Position numbers and translations under genes: made by a program. Of a stretch of 64,000 nucleotides of DNA, positions 41,210 through 51,084 are shown piece by piece (the first letter of the stretch is position 1; the number at the start of each line of letters is the position of its first letter). The notes under the pieces are model-generated. The model had not been told where the DNA came from, searched no databases, and saw nothing but the letters and a program-made list of their open reading frames with translations. The DNA comes from Oscillospiraceae bacterium (GTDB lineage Bacteria; Bacillota; Clostridia; Oscillospirales; Oscillospiraceae), in the NCBI GenBank assembly GCA_045595705.1, contig JAZOBA010000116.1, forward strand, positions 90 to 64,089, read 5' to 3'.

Positions 41210-41410
41210 TCAACTCTCCTGGACGGGTCGCTCGAAAATCAGATCCATGGAACTGATTCCGCCGTGGCTGGTGAAGGTCAGGGGGATGAAGCCCACATAG
41301 CGCCAGCCATGGGCGGCGTGTTCGTTAATGATCTGCTGGTGTTCGGCTGCGCGATTGCCAAACCAGAAACCTCCGCCGGTGTCCAGCATTACATATTTAT
41401 ACTCGTACAT
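41210..41410 (-). CDS. DUF4177-like small protein
   Basis: 66 aa, starting MYEYKYV... with a GWRYV... stretch. The family assignment is from memory. Confidence 0.55.
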   Translation of the reverse strand: MYEYKYVMLDTGGGFWFGNRAAEHQQIINEHAAHGWRYVGFIPLTFTSHGGISSMDLIFERPVQES

Positions 41411-41419
41411 AGCGGAGAA

Positions 41420-43381
41420 TCAACACAGTTTTGCGCCGGCGGGGATGGCGTCATCCACCATCAGCAGGTTGAGACGCTCCTCGTCATTTTCCTTGTGCAC
41501 GGCGGAAATCAGCATGCCACAGGAGTCCAGACCCATCATCTTGCGGGGAGGCAGGTTGACGATGGCAACCAGCGTCTTGCCCACCAAATCTTCGGGTTTG
41601 TAGAACTGGGCGATACCGGACAGGATCTGTCGGTCCACGCCGGAACCGTCGTCCAGAGTGAACTGCAGCAGCTTCTTAGACTTTTTGACAGCCTGGCAGT
41701 CCTTGACCTTGACGGCACGGAAGTCAGATTTGCAGAACGTTTCAAAATCCACGTCCTCGGCGAAGGGTTCGGTTTCGACAGTGGGTTTGACGGGAGGCAT
41801 GGCGGCCAGACGGGCCTCCTCCAGCTCGGCCAGAGCCTTCTCCATATCAATACGGGGGAACAGATTTTCGCCCTTTGTGACCGTGACGGTGGGGTTCAGG
41901 CTGCCCCAGTTTGCGGCGGACTCCCAGGTGCGGCAGTCTTCGCAGGCGCCCAGCTGGTCAAACAGTTTGGTCATGCTTTCGGGCATGAAGGGAGTCAGCA
42001 GTACGCCGCAGATGCGTGTGGTCTCCAGCAGGTTGTACAGCACGCTGGCCAGACGGTCGCCGTTGGCAGCCACGTCCTTGCCCAGAACCCAGGGGGCGGT
42101 TTCGTCAATGTACTTGTTGGCACGCTGAATGACCTTGAACACCTCAGCCAGAGCGTTCTGGAAGGCGTACTTTTCCATGTGCTCTTCGTATTTGCCGCGC
42201 AGCTCGGAGGCCATGGCTACCAACTCGTCATCCAGGGCATCGGCCTTGCGGCCGGCGGGCAGGGTGCCGCCAAAGTACTTGCCGGCCATGGCGGTGGTGC
42301 GGCTGAGCAGATTGCCCAGATCGTTGGCCAGATCCACGTTGATGGTCTGGATCAGAGATTCGTTGGAGAAGTTGCCGTCGCTGGCGAAGGGGAAGGTGCG
42401 CAGCAGGAAGAAACGCAGAGCATCCACGCCGAACTTCTCGGCCAGAATGTAGGGGTCCACCACGTTGCCCTTGGACTTGGACATCTTGCCGCCGTCCAGC
42501 AGCAGCCAGCCGTGGCCAAAGACCTTCTTGGGCAGGGGCTCACCCATGCTCATGAGCATGGCGGGCCAGATGATGGAGTGGAAGCGCACGATTTCCTTGC
42601 CCACAAAATGCACATCGGCGGGCCAGAATTCGGCGTAATCGTTGTATTTGTCGTTCTCATAGCCCAGAGCGGTGATGTAATTGCTCAGAGCGTCGATCCA
42701 CACGTAGACCACATGGCCGGGATCGAAGTCCACGGGCACACCCCAGGTGAAGGAGGTGCGGCTGACGCACAGGTCTTCCAGACCGGGCTTGATAAAGTTG
42801 TTGACCATCTCGTGTACGCGGGAGCGGGGTTCCAGGAAGTCGGTGTTTTCCAGCAGGTCCTGGATCTTGTCGGCGTACTTGGACAGACGGAAGAAGTATG
42901 CTTCCTCCTCGGCATCCTGCACCTCACGGCCACAGTCGGGGCACTTGCCGTCCACCAGCTGGCTCTCGGTCCAGAAGGACTCGCAGGGTTTGCAGTACTT
43001 GCCCTTGTATGTGCCCTTGTAGATGTCGCCGTTGTCATACATCTTTTTGAAGATCTTCTGAATGGCGGCCACATGGTAATCGTCGGTGGTGCGGATGAAG
43101 CGGTCGTTGGAGATGTTCATCAGCTTCCACAGGTCCAGAATGCCGCGCTCGCCCTGCACGATGTTGTCCACAAACTGCTGGGGAGTCACACCGGCTTCAG
43201 CGGCCTTGTCCTCGATCTTCTGACCGTGCTCATCGGTGCCGGTCAGGAACATGACGTCATAACCGGTCAGGCGCTTGTAGCGGGCCATGGCGTCGGTGGC
43301 CACGGTGCAGTAGGTGTGGCCGATGTGCAGCTTATCCGAGGGATAATAAATGGGGGTGGTGATATAAAATTTCTTACTCAT
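41420..43381 (-). CDS. metG: Methionine--tRNA ligase with C-terminal tRNA-binding (EMAP/Trbp111-like) domain
   Basis: HIGH motif (KLHIGHTY), KMSKS and a zinc knuckle (CKPC..CPDC). Confidence 0.97.
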   Translation of the reverse strand: MSKKFYITTPIYYPSDKLHIGHTYCTVATDAMARYKRLTGYDVMFLTGTDEHGQKIEDKAAEAGVTPQQFVDNIVQGERGILDLWKLMNISNDRFIRTTDDYHVAAIQKIFKKMYDNGDIYKGTYKGKYCKPCESFWTESQLVDGKCPDCGREVQDAEEEAYFFRLSKYADKIQDLLENTDFLEPRSRVHEMVNNFIKPGLEDLCVSRTSFTWGVPVDFDPGHVVYVWIDALSNYITALGYENDKYNDYAEFWPADVHFVGKEIVRFHSIIWPAMLMSMGEPLPKKVFGHGWLLLDGGKMSKSKGNVVDPYILAEKFGVDALRFFLLRTFPFASDGNFSNESLIQTINVDLANDLGNLLSRTTAMAGKYFGGTLPAGRKADALDDELVAMASELRGKYEEHMEKYAFQNALAEVFKVIQRANKYIDETAPWVLGKDVAANGDRLASVLYNLLETTRICGVLLTPFMPESMTKLFDQLGACEDCRTWESAANWGSLNPTVTVTKGENLFPRIDMEKALAELEEARLAAMPPVKPTVETEPFAEDVDFETFCKSDFRAVKVKDCQAVKKSKKLLQFTLDDGSGVDRQILSGIAQFYKPEDLVGKTLVAIVNLPPRKMMGLDSCGMLISAVHKENDEERLNLLMVDDAIPAGAKLC

Positions 43382-44198
43382 CCGGGGTTACCTCCTGAGT
43401 GGTATTCTTTTCGACAGATTTTGTCGGGGGGTTGAAACGATAGGTGCGGTACAGCAGGACGGTCACATTGGCCAGCTGATACAGCAGGGCGAACAGGAAC
43501 ATGAGTCGGTCGGTCAGACTGTGGGGCTCTGCCAGGGTCACCAAAGTGAAGAAAATGCCCAGCAGACTGAACACGGCGCAACGGCGGAACTTGGGACGGC
43601 CAAAGGAATAGCCGGCCGAGAAATACATGCCGATCAGCGAGCAGATAATGGCAAGCAGCTGATACACGAAATCCAGAACCACCGGATCGGCGGCCTGCTT
43701 TTGATAGGAGCACACCAGCCAGAAACAGAAGGTGTAGCCCGGGGCCAGCAGAAGCAGGTTGAAGCGGGGGGTTGAACCGCGGAAATTGTCCAGTGCGGCC
43801 GACAGCACGCAGAAGAAGGACAAAAGGCACAAAAGGTCGGTCAGAGAGGAAAGAATCTGGCCGGACCCAAACATCACACGGGAGCGCAGGCCCAGAATAC
43901 CGGCCATCAGCAGAGCGCAGGCGGAAAAGGCCATTACCATCAGATAAAGCCAGTTGTTCTGAGCGGAAAAGCCTTCGGTATAGTCGGTCGGTGTGTGCGC
44001 AGGCTTGCGGACCAGCAAAATCAGGACCACGGCAACCGCCACACTCAGGGCAATCAGAAGCAGTGTGGGGGTACTCCACAAGGTGGGAAGGCCGTTGGAG
44101 TCAAATATGGTGGCCAGTTCCCGGCGCCGCAGAAGAAATCCGCCGACACCGCCCACAAGGGCAAGCAAAATTGGCAGGATCACATGAAACATGGACAA
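43374..44198 (-). CDS. Hypothetical polytopic membrane protein, 274 aa
   Basis: About 7-8 hydrophobic helices. Its stop overlaps the metG start by 8 nt. I recognise no family. Confidence 0.6.
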   Translation of the reverse strand: MSMFHVILPILLALVGGVGGFLLRRRELATIFDSNGLPTLWSTPTLLLIALSVAVAVVLILLVRKPAHTPTDYTEGFSAQNNWLYLMVMAFSACALLMAGILGLRSRVMFGSGQILSSLTDLLCLLSFFCVLSAALDNFRGSTPRFNLLLLAPGYTFCFWLVCSYQKQAADPVVLDFVYQLLAIICSLIGMYFSAGYSFGRPKFRRCAVFSLLGIFFTLVTLAEPHSLTDRLMFLFALLYQLANVTVLLYRTYRFNPPTKSVEKNTTQEVTPDE

Positions 44199-44227
44199 TC
44201 CTTCTTTCGGTAAATTGGGTCATAGGT

Positions 44228-44491
44228 TCAGCGGGCCAGCCAGAAAAGAACGGCCAGCTGGAGGACCAGAATCAGGGGCATGCCCACCGCGAAGTACCAG
44301 TGCTTGGTCTTGTGGCGGAAAAAACGCATTCCGATGACGGAACCCAGACTGCCGCCCAGAAGGGCGACAAGAAACAACGTGACTTCGGGGATGCGCCGCT
44401 TGTTCTGGCGGGCGTTGGCTTTGTCGGTGCCCATCAGACTGAAGGCCAGAAGGTTGATCGCAATGGCATAGACAATCAGAATCGAACTCAT
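44228..44491 (-). CDS. DUF1294-domain membrane protein
   Basis: The stretch DK.NARQNKRRIPE...GGSLGS..GMRFFRHKTKH is characteristic. Its start overlaps the ABC-F stop by 4 nt. Confidence 0.75.
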   Translation of the reverse strand: MSSILIVYAIAINLLAFSLMGTDKANARQNKRRIPEVTLFLVALLGGSLGSVIGMRFFRHKTKHWYFAVGMPLILVLQLAVLFWLAR

Positions 44492-46083
44492 TGTTGTGCA
44501 ATACTCTCCAGATATTCATCATAGCTCATGCGTCTGTCGATGAGCTTGCCATCCTCGGTGAAATCGAAGATGCGGTTGCAGACGGTCTGCACCAGCTGGT
44601 GGTCATGCGAGGAGACCAGCACATTGCACTTGACGGCCTCCAGGCCGTTGTTGACGGCGGCAATAGACTCCAGATCCAGATGGTTGGTGGGTTGATCCAG
44701 CAGCAACACGTTGGCGCCGGACAGCATCATACGGGACAGCATGCAGCGGACCTTTTCGCCGCCGGACAGCACCTTGACGGGCTTGTAGACCTCATCGCCC
44801 GAGAAGAGCATACGGCCGAGGAAGCCGCGCAGGTAGCTTTCCATGGGGTCGGAAGAGAACTGACGCAGCCACTCTACCAGGTTCAGATCGCAGTTATGGA
44901 AGAACTCGGTGTTGTCCTTGGGAAAGTAGGAGAAGGTAGCCGTCTGGCCCCACTTGACATCACCCTCGTCGGGCTCCCACTCGCCGGTCAGAATCTTGAA
45001 CAGAGCAGTATGGGCGTTTTCGTTGTCACCCACAAAGGCGATCTTGTCGCCGTGCTGCACGATGAAACTGACTTTGTCCAGTACCTTGACGCCGTCCACA
45101 GTCTTGGACACATCGGTGACAAACAGGATGTCTTTGCCTACCTCGCGGTCGGGGCTGAAGCCCACCCAGGGATAGCGGCGGGAAGAGGCGGGAATCTCTT
45201 CCAGACTGATTTTGTCCAGCAGCTTGCGGCGTGCGGTAGCCTGCTTGGACTTGGACTTGTTGGCCGAGAAGCGGGAGATAAAGTCTTGCAGTTCCTTGAT
45301 CTTCTCGGAGTTCTTCTTGTTTTGAGCCTTCATCAGGTTCTGCATCAGCTGAGAGGCGTCATACCAGAAGTCGTAGTTGCCCACGTACATCTTGATCTTG
45401 TTGTAGTCGATGTCCACGATGTGGGTGCAGATGGTGTTCAGGAAGTGGCGGTCGTGGCTGACCACGATGACAGTGCCTTCAAAGTCCAGCAGGAAGTCTT
45501 CCAGCCAGTTGATGGCGTTAATGTCCAGGTTGTTGGTGGGCTCATCCATCATCAGGATGTCGGGGTTACCAAACAACGCCTGAGCCAGCAGAACCTTCAC
45601 CTTCAGACGGCCGTCCATGGTCTCCATGCTGTCGTAGTGCATGGAAACGGGAATGCCCAGACCTTGCAGAATGCGGGATGCGTCCGACTCGGCTTCCCAG
45701 CCGCCCAACTCGGCGTACTCTTCCTCCAGCACGCAGGCGCGCAGACCGTCTTCCTCGGTCATTTCTTCCTTCTCGTACAGGGCGTTCTTTTCCTGTCCGA
45801 TGTCGTACAGGCGCTGGTTGCCCATGATGACGGTGTCCATGACGGTGTAGGCGTCGTAGGCGTTCTGGTCCTGCTTTAGAATGGACATGCGGGTGTTGGG
45901 CAGAATGTGAACCTCGCCGGAGGTGGATTCCAACTCGCCGGACAGGATCTTCAGGAAGGTGGACTTGCCGGCGCCGTTGGCACCGATGATGCCATAGCAG
46001 TTGCCCTTGACAAACTGCAGATCCACGTGGGAAAAGAGCGGCTGGCCGCTGTAATTCAAACTCAGGTCGGTGACTGTAATCAT
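44488..46083 (-). CDS. ABC-F family ATPase (two ABC domains, no TM domain; YbiT/YkpA-like translation factor type)
   Basis: Two Walker A motifs (GANGAGKST and GDNENAHT, the second degenerate) and two LSGGE signatures. 531 aa. Confidence 0.88.
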   Translation of the reverse strand: MITVTDLSLNYSGQPLFSHVDLQFVKGNCYGIIGANGAGKSTFLKILSGELESTSGEVHILPNTRMSILKQDQNAYDAYTVMDTVIMGNQRLYDIGQEKNALYEKEEMTEEDGLRACVLEEEYAELGGWEAESDASRILQGLGIPVSMHYDSMETMDGRLKVKVLLAQALFGNPDILMMDEPTNNLDINAINWLEDFLLDFEGTVIVVSHDRHFLNTICTHIVDIDYNKIKMYVGNYDFWYDASQLMQNLMKAQNKKNSEKIKELQDFISRFSANKSKSKQATARRKLLDKISLEEIPASSRRYPWVGFSPDREVGKDILFVTDVSKTVDGVKVLDKVSFIVQHGDKIAFVGDNENAHTALFKILTGEWEPDEGDVKWGQTATFSYFPKDNTEFFHNCDLNLVEWLRQFSSDPMESYLRGFLGRMLFSGDEVYKPVKVLSGGEKVRCMLSRMMLSGANVLLLDQPTNHLDLESIAAVNNGLEAVKCNVLVSSHDHQLVQTVCNRIFDFTEDGKLIDRRMSYDEYLESIAQQ

Positions 46084-46121
46084 TGCAGACTCCTTATATT
46101 ATAATGATGTTTAACTAATCA

Positions 46122-46149
46122 AGTATATCATATTTTTCTGTCAACGCAA
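46122..46149 (-). promoter_or_regulatory. Putative promoter of the ABC-F..metG..tatD operon
   Basis: On the minus strand: TTGCGT (46144-46149), a 16-nt spacer, then TGaTATACT with the hexamer at 46122-46127. Confidence 0.45.
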
Positions 46150-46188
46150 GGGGAAAACCGACGAAACCCATGCTGATTGGCGGTTTCG

Positions 46189-46218
46189 TTGACAGAAAAC
46201 GGCCCTTCGTGCTACACT
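46189..46218 (+). promoter_or_regulatory. Putative promoter for the rlmA-like gene
   Basis: TTGACA (46189-46194), an 18-nt spacer, then TGcTACACT with the hexamer at 46213-46218. Confidence 0.45.
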
Positions 46219-46265
46219 CAAAGCACAAGAGAAGGTGCGAAAAGCCAAAGGAGCGAGCGTGAAGT

Positions 46266-47081
46266 ATGCCAAGTTTGTTTTGCTGCCCCATCTGTGGTCA
46301 GCCGCTGGAACGGGAGGAAAAGAGTTATACCTGTCCCAAGCGGCATTGCTATGACGTGGCCAAAGAAGGCTATGTAAACCTGCTGCCTGCCAACAAAAAA
46401 CACGTCAAGGATCCCGGCGACGATAAGGACATGGTGACGGCCCGCACCCGTTTTCTGGAGGGTGGGCATTATGCTCCGCTGCGGGATGCCCTGGCGGCCC
46501 TTGTTCTGGAGAAAAAACCGGCCGCGGTGCTGGACTCCGGCTGTGGTGAGGGCTGGTACACTGCCGGCGTATGCGAAGCCTTGCGGGGCAATGGATTGAC
46601 GGACCGGGCTGCCGGCGTGGATCTGTCCCGTTCTGCCCTGAAAAAAGCGGCCCGCCGCACCAAAGAGGCGGAGTTTGCCGTGGCCTCGGTCTATCACCTT
46701 CCGGTGGCCGGCCGTTCGGTGGATATGCTGATCAATTGCTTTTCTCCGTTGGCAGCCGAGGAATTTCGCCGTGTACTGCGTCCGGAGGGATCTTTCCTGT
46801 ACGTGGTTCCGGGGGCAAAGCACCTGTGGGAACTGAAGCAGGTGCTTTACGAAAATCCTTATGAAAATGCCGAAGAAGAGACAGCCTATGACGGCTTTTC
46901 TTACGAAACCATTCTGCCGGTGGAATTCACCATGGAACTGGACGCGCCGGCGCTGCAGGACCTGTTCCGGATGACGCCCTACTGCTGGAAAACACCCAAG
47001 GCGGGCGTGGAGCGCTTGCATGCGTTGGAGGGGTTGAAGGTGAGCGCCGGCTTCCGTATTCATGTATTCCGCGCAAAATAA
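46266..47081 (+). CDS. rlmA: 23S rRNA (guanine-N1)-methyltransferase, RlmA family
   Basis: N-terminal zinc ribbon CPICGQPL....YTCPKRHCYDVAKEGYVNLL, then the SAM-binding motif LDSGCGEGWY. Confidence 0.7.
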   Translation: MPSLFCCPICGQPLEREEKSYTCPKRHCYDVAKEGYVNLLPANKKHVKDPGDDKDMVTARTRFLEGGHYAPLRDALAALVLEKKPAAVLDSGCGEGWYTAGVCEALRGNGLTDRAAGVDLSRSALKKAARRTKEAEFAVASVYHLPVAGRSVDMLINCFSPLAAEEFRRVLRPEGSFLYVVPGAKHLWELKQVLYENPYENAEEETAYDGFSYETILPVEFTMELDAPALQDLFRMTPYCWKTPKAGVERLHALEGLKVSAGFRIHVFRAK

Positions 47082-47093
47082 AACAACGAGTTG

Positions 47094-47143
47094 AGAAGGT
47101 TGCTTTTGACGGTGCAAAACAGGTCAAAAGCAACCTTCTTTTG
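47094..47143 (+). terminator. Rho-independent terminator after rlmA
   Basis: 17-bp perfect stem AGAAGGTTGCTTTTGAC / GTCAAAAGCAACCTTCT with a 12-nt loop, followed by TTTT. Confidence 0.8.
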
Positions 47144-47144
47144 C

Positions 47145-47173
47145 TTGTATTTCACGCTTTGGTTTGGTATAAT
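47145..47173 (+). promoter_or_regulatory. Putative promoter for gdpP-rplI-dnaB
   Basis: TTGTAT (47145-47150), a 17-nt spacer, then TGgTATAAT with the hexamer at 47168-47173. Confidence 0.5.
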
Positions 47174-47231
47174 AATGTATCTTGGTGCGCTTATACGCAC
47201 ATAGAAGCATCCTGAATGAGGAGGCGACGAT

Positions 47232-49226
47232 TTGAACCGAAAGAAATTGTCCCGGTTGCTGGAACCGGGTATGCGGCTTTATTTCATCGTTATGCTGCTG
47301 TTTGCTGTGGCTGCCGCTGTGACTCACAACTATATTCTGGCTGCCGTAGAAGCGGTGATTACCGCTGCTGTTTATATCTATTTCCGGCAGGGAACCGCCC
47401 ATCGCCGCAAGGAGATCCTGAAGTACATTGATTCGGTCTCCTACAACGTGGATGCGGCCACCAAGGATACCATGCTCAATGCGCCCCTGCCCATGGTGAT
47501 TTTCCGCCCCGACAGCGACGAAGTGATTTGGTCCAACGACCGTTTTCTGAAGCTGACCGGCGAGCGCGAGCATCTGTTTGATACCAAACTGTCTGCCGCC
47601 GTTCCCGGATTTTCTTCCAAGTGGCTGCTGGAGGGTAAGCACGAGAGTCCGGAAGAAGTGGCACTGGGCGACCGGCGCTATACCGTGTTCGGCCATCTGG
47701 TCCACACCGGCGATCAGGGTGGCGGCGGATTTCTGGCTACTACCTACTGGATCGATGTGACCGATTACTCCACTCTGCGGGAAATACACAACGAAAGCCG
47801 TCCTGTTGCGGCGCTGTTGCTGGTGGATAACTATGACGATGTGTTGAAAAATGTGGCTGAAAACACCCGCGCAGCCATTGTGGGTGAGATCAGTCAGAAA
47901 TTGGGCGAGCTGGCCGAGGAAACCAATGGCCTGTTTGCTCAGCTGGAGCGTGACCGCTATCTGCTGATTTTTGAAGCCCGCCATCTGCCCAGACTGCAGG
48001 AGGAGAAGTTCCCCATTCTGGACGCGGTCCACAACCTCCAAAATCCCGGCGGAATTCCGGCAACTTTGTCCATCGGCGTCGGTGTGGATGCTGACAATTT
48101 CCAGGAGCTGCTTCAGTACGCCTCGCTGTCGGTCGAAATGGCCCTGTCCCGCGGCGGCGATCAGGCGGTCATCAAGAACCGATTCAATTTCGAATTTTAC
48201 GGCGGCCGCACCAAGGAGTTGGAAAAACGCACGAAGGTCAAGAGCCGCGTCATGGCCAATGCGCTTGGGGAACTGGTGGCCGATGCCTCCAAAGTGTTTA
48301 TCATGGGCCACAAAAATGCCGATCTGGACTGCATCGGCGCCGCTGCCGGCGTTTTTGCCGTTGCCCGTAAGCGCGGTATTCCGGCCTATATCATCAAGGA
48401 ACCCAATCCGGCTCCTGCCGAAGACATGATCCGTCGGCTGGCCGGACTGCAGGAATACGACGGCAAGTTTGTTGCCGCGCAGGATGCACTGCTCTATGCG
48501 GACAGCAAATCCCTTCTGGTGGTGGTAGACACCAACCGACCCGAGCAGGTTTCTTCGCTGGAACTGTTGGAATCCTGCAACAAGGTGGCTGTCATTGATC
48601 ACCATCGCCGCGCAGCCACTTATATTGCCGATGCCGCCCTGAACTTCCATGAACCTTATGCGTCTTCCGCCTCGGAACTGGTGGCCGAGCTGCTTCAGTA
48701 CATTTTGGAGCCCGCCGATCTGCTGCGCATGGAGTCAGAGGCCCTGTTGGCTGGCATCGTGCTGGACACCAAGCATTTCACCATGCGTACCGGCGGACGG
48801 ACCTTTGAGGCTGCGGCCTTCCTGCGTCGGGCGGGAGCAGACCCCAGCGAAGTGCAGGAATATTTCCAGAACGATCTGGAGGGCACCATTGCCCGCTATG
48901 ACATTATCCGCAACGCAAAGCTGTACCGCAGCGATATCGCCATCGCGCAGGTGGACCACACCGTGAGCCGCATCACGGCTGCGCAGGCGGCTGACGAGTT
49001 GCTGAACATTGCCGGTATTGAAACGTCCTTCGTGCTGTTCCCGGCCGAGGACAAGATCGTGATCTCGGCCCGCAGCACGGGTGAGGTCAACGTTCAGGTC
49101 ATTCTGGAAGCGCTGGGCGGCGGCGGCAACGCAGCCACGGCCGGCGCGCAGGTACCCGGTCTGTCCATGACCGATGCCGTGGAGAAGTTGACCGAATCCA
49201 TCAACCAATATCTCGAACAAGAGTAA
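47232..49226 (+). CDS. gdpP: Cyclic-di-AMP phosphodiesterase GdpP (2 TM, PAS-like, degenerate GGDEF, DHH/DHHA1)
   Basis: Two N-terminal TM helices, a DHH motif (IDHH) and a GGGGN DHHA1 end. It has the conserved position upstream of rplI-dnaB. TTG start with a GAGGAGG RBS. Confidence 0.85.
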   Translation: MNRKKLSRLLEPGMRLYFIVMLLFAVAAAVTHNYILAAVEAVITAAVYIYFRQGTAHRRKEILKYIDSVSYNVDAATKDTMLNAPLPMVIFRPDSDEVIWSNDRFLKLTGEREHLFDTKLSAAVPGFSSKWLLEGKHESPEEVALGDRRYTVFGHLVHTGDQGGGGFLATTYWIDVTDYSTLREIHNESRPVAALLLVDNYDDVLKNVAENTRAAIVGEISQKLGELAEETNGLFAQLERDRYLLIFEARHLPRLQEEKFPILDAVHNLQNPGGIPATLSIGVGVDADNFQELLQYASLSVEMALSRGGDQAVIKNRFNFEFYGGRTKELEKRTKVKSRVMANALGELVADASKVFIMGHKNADLDCIGAAAGVFAVARKRGIPAYIIKEPNPAPAEDMIRRLAGLQEYDGKFVAAQDALLYADSKSLLVVVDTNRPEQVSSLELLESCNKVAVIDHHRRAATYIADAALNFHEPYASSASELVAELLQYILEPADLLRMESEALLAGIVLDTKHFTMRTGGRTFEAAAFLRRAGADPSEVQEYFQNDLEGTIARYDIIRNAKLYRSDIAIAQVDHTVSRITAAQAADELLNIAGIETSFVLFPAEDKIVISARSTGEVNVQVILEALGGGGNAATAGAQVPGLSMTDAVEKLTESINQYLEQE

Positions 49227-49250
49227 GAACCCATAAGGAGGAACCAAGTT

Positions 49251-49697
49251 ATGAAAGTAATTTTGCAGCAGGACGTAAAGGGTCAGGGCAAGAAGGGCCA
49301 GATGGTTAATGTTTCCGACGGCTATGCCCGCAACTTCCTGTTTCCCAAGAAGCTGGCTGTGGAGGCCACTGCCGATAACGTGAACACCATGAAACTGCAG
49401 GAGAAGGCCAAGGCCGCCAAGCTGGCCGAAGAGAAGGCGCAGGCACAGGCCATTGCCGAGCAGCTCAAGGAGATTACCGTTCGAATTGTCGCCAAGGGCG
49501 GTAACGGCGGCCGTCTGTTCGGCGCTGTTACCACCAAGGAAGTGTCCGATGCCCTGAAGGCCCAGTCCGGCATCGAGATCAACAAGGCAAAATTGGTCAT
49601 GGATGAGCCTATCAAGAGCTTTGGCGGCTATGAACTGAAGGCCAAGCTTGGTCACGATGTCAACGCCGTGGTCAAAGTTGTCGTTGTCGAAGAGTAA
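49251..49697 (+). CDS. rplI: 50S ribosomal protein L9
   Basis: [36 protein letters not shown] is the conserved L9 N-terminus. Confidence 0.97.
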   Translation: MKVILQQDVKGQGKKGQMVNVSDGYARNFLFPKKLAVEATADNVNTMKLQEKAKAAKLAEEKAQAQAIAEQLKEITVRIVAKGGNGGRLFGAVTTKEVSDALKAQSGIEINKAKLVMDEPIKSFGGYELKAKLGHDVNAVVKVVVVEE

Positions 49698-49734
49698 ACC
49701 GTTCCCCAAAACTATTTGAAAGGAGGTGGCCCCG

Positions 49735-51081
49735 ATGGATGAATTGCTGAGCAAACAGATGCCCCATAGCACCGAAGCTGAACAGGCCGTGCTGGGTTCC
49801 ATGTTTATTGACGAAAGCTGTATCCCCGAGGTGGTCACCGCCCTGAAGCCGGAGGAATTCTACCTGCGGCAGAATCGGGAAATTTATGAAACCATTTACC
49901 GCATGGTGGAGCTGTCTGCATCCATCGATCTGGTCACCGTTTTGGACCAGATGCGGCAGAACGGAACCTTTAAGGAGAACATTACCGACCGGTACGTACT
50001 CCAATTGATGGAGATCACACCCACTGCAGCCAATGTGAAGGAGTACATCTCCATCGTGAAGGATAAGGCGCTGCTGCGCCGGGTGGCCGAAGTAGCCGGT
50101 GAGATGACCGGTATGGTCCAAACCGGTGAGGGAACCGGCGCTCAGGTGCTGGAAGCGGCCGAGCAGAAGATCTACGGCATTCGGCAGGGCCGTGCCACCC
50201 GTGGCCTGGAGCATATTTCCGCCGCCATTCAGAACGTGTATGATCGACTGGGCGAGCTGGCCTCCTCGGGCAGTGAGATTCCCGGTCTGTCCACCGGCCT
50301 GTCCGATCTGGATCGCCGCATGACCGGCCTGAACCCCTCTGACCTGGTCATTTTGGCTGCCCGTCCCGGTATGGGCAAGACCTCCATGGCGCTGAACATG
50401 GCGCTGCACGCCGGCAAGACCTCCGGCAAGGCGGTGGTCATTTTCTCGCTGGAAATGTCCAAGGAGCAGTTGGCCATGCGTCTGATCTCCAGCGAGTGCT
50501 TTGTGGATAACAAAAAGCTGCTGACCGGACAGGGTTTGGACATGGAGGATTGGAAACGCATTGGCGCGGCTGCCAACGCGCTGTCCCGGACCAACATCCT
50601 GCTGGATGATAACCCGACGCTGACGGTGGCCGATATGAACGCTGCCTGCCGCCGTGTGGAAAACCTCGGTCTGGTTGTGGTGGACTATCTGCAGCTGATG
50701 TCCTCGGCCGGCGGCAAGCAGTATGCCGGCGAAAACCGTCAGCAGGCGGTGTCTGACATCTCCCGCGCCATGAAGGTCATGGCAAAAGAGCTGCGTGTGC
50801 CGGTGCTCTGTCTGTCCCAGCTGTCCCGTTCCAACGAAAAGGAAGGCAAGGTGCGTCTGCCCCGCCTGTCCGACCTGCGTGAGTCGGGCGCCATTGAGCA
50901 GGATGCCGATATCGTCATGTTTATCCACCGCGAGGATTACTATGATGAGAACACCGAGAACAAGAACATCGCAAACTGCCTGATTGCTAAGAACCGCCAC
51001 GGTGAGACCGGTGTTGTGGACCTGCAGTGGCTGCCTGAGTTCACCACCTTCCGTACCATCGAGCGGCGGTATGAGGAATAA
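49735..51081 (+). CDS. dnaB: Replicative DNA helicase DnaB (DnaC in Bacillus nomenclature)
   Basis: The N-terminus PHSTEAEQAVLGSM, Walker A ARPGMGKTS and DYLQLM. The ATG at 49735 lies 8 nt after an AGGAGG RBS. Confidence 0.96.
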   Translation: MDELLSKQMPHSTEAEQAVLGSMFIDESCIPEVVTALKPEEFYLRQNREIYETIYRMVELSASIDLVTVLDQMRQNGTFKENITDRYVLQLMEITPTAANVKEYISIVKDKALLRRVAEVAGEMTGMVQTGEGTGAQVLEAAEQKIYGIRQGRATRGLEHISAAIQNVYDRLGELASSGSEIPGLSTGLSDLDRRMTGLNPSDLVILAARPGMGKTSMALNMALHAGKTSGKAVVIFSLEMSKEQLAMRLISSECFVDNKKLLTGQGLDMEDWKRIGAAANALSRTNILLDDNPTLTVADMNAACRRVENLGLVVVDYLQLMSSAGGKQYAGENRQQAVSDISRAMKVMAKELRVPVLCLSQLSRSNEKEGKVRLPRLSDLRESGAIEQDADIVMFIHREDYYDENTENKNIANCLIAKNRHGETGVVDLQWLPEFTTFRTIERRYEE

Positions 51082-51084
51082 TAA

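Noticed and set aside
41264-43435. 723-aa plus-strand ORF over metG
   Set aside because: It is antisense to a complete MetRS with HIGH and KMSKS motifs and has the compositional signature of a spurious frame.
46138-46195. 9-bp perfect inverted repeat CTGTCAACG ... CGTTGACAG (40-nt spacing) upstream of the ABC-F gene, considered as an attenuator or ARE-type leader
   Set aside because: Both arms coincide with -35-like TTGAC(A) boxes of the two divergent promoters. The repeat lies upstream of the best minus-strand promoter, so it would not be in the ABC-F mRNA. There is no convincing leader peptide with an RBS. It might still be an operator, but nothing supports that.
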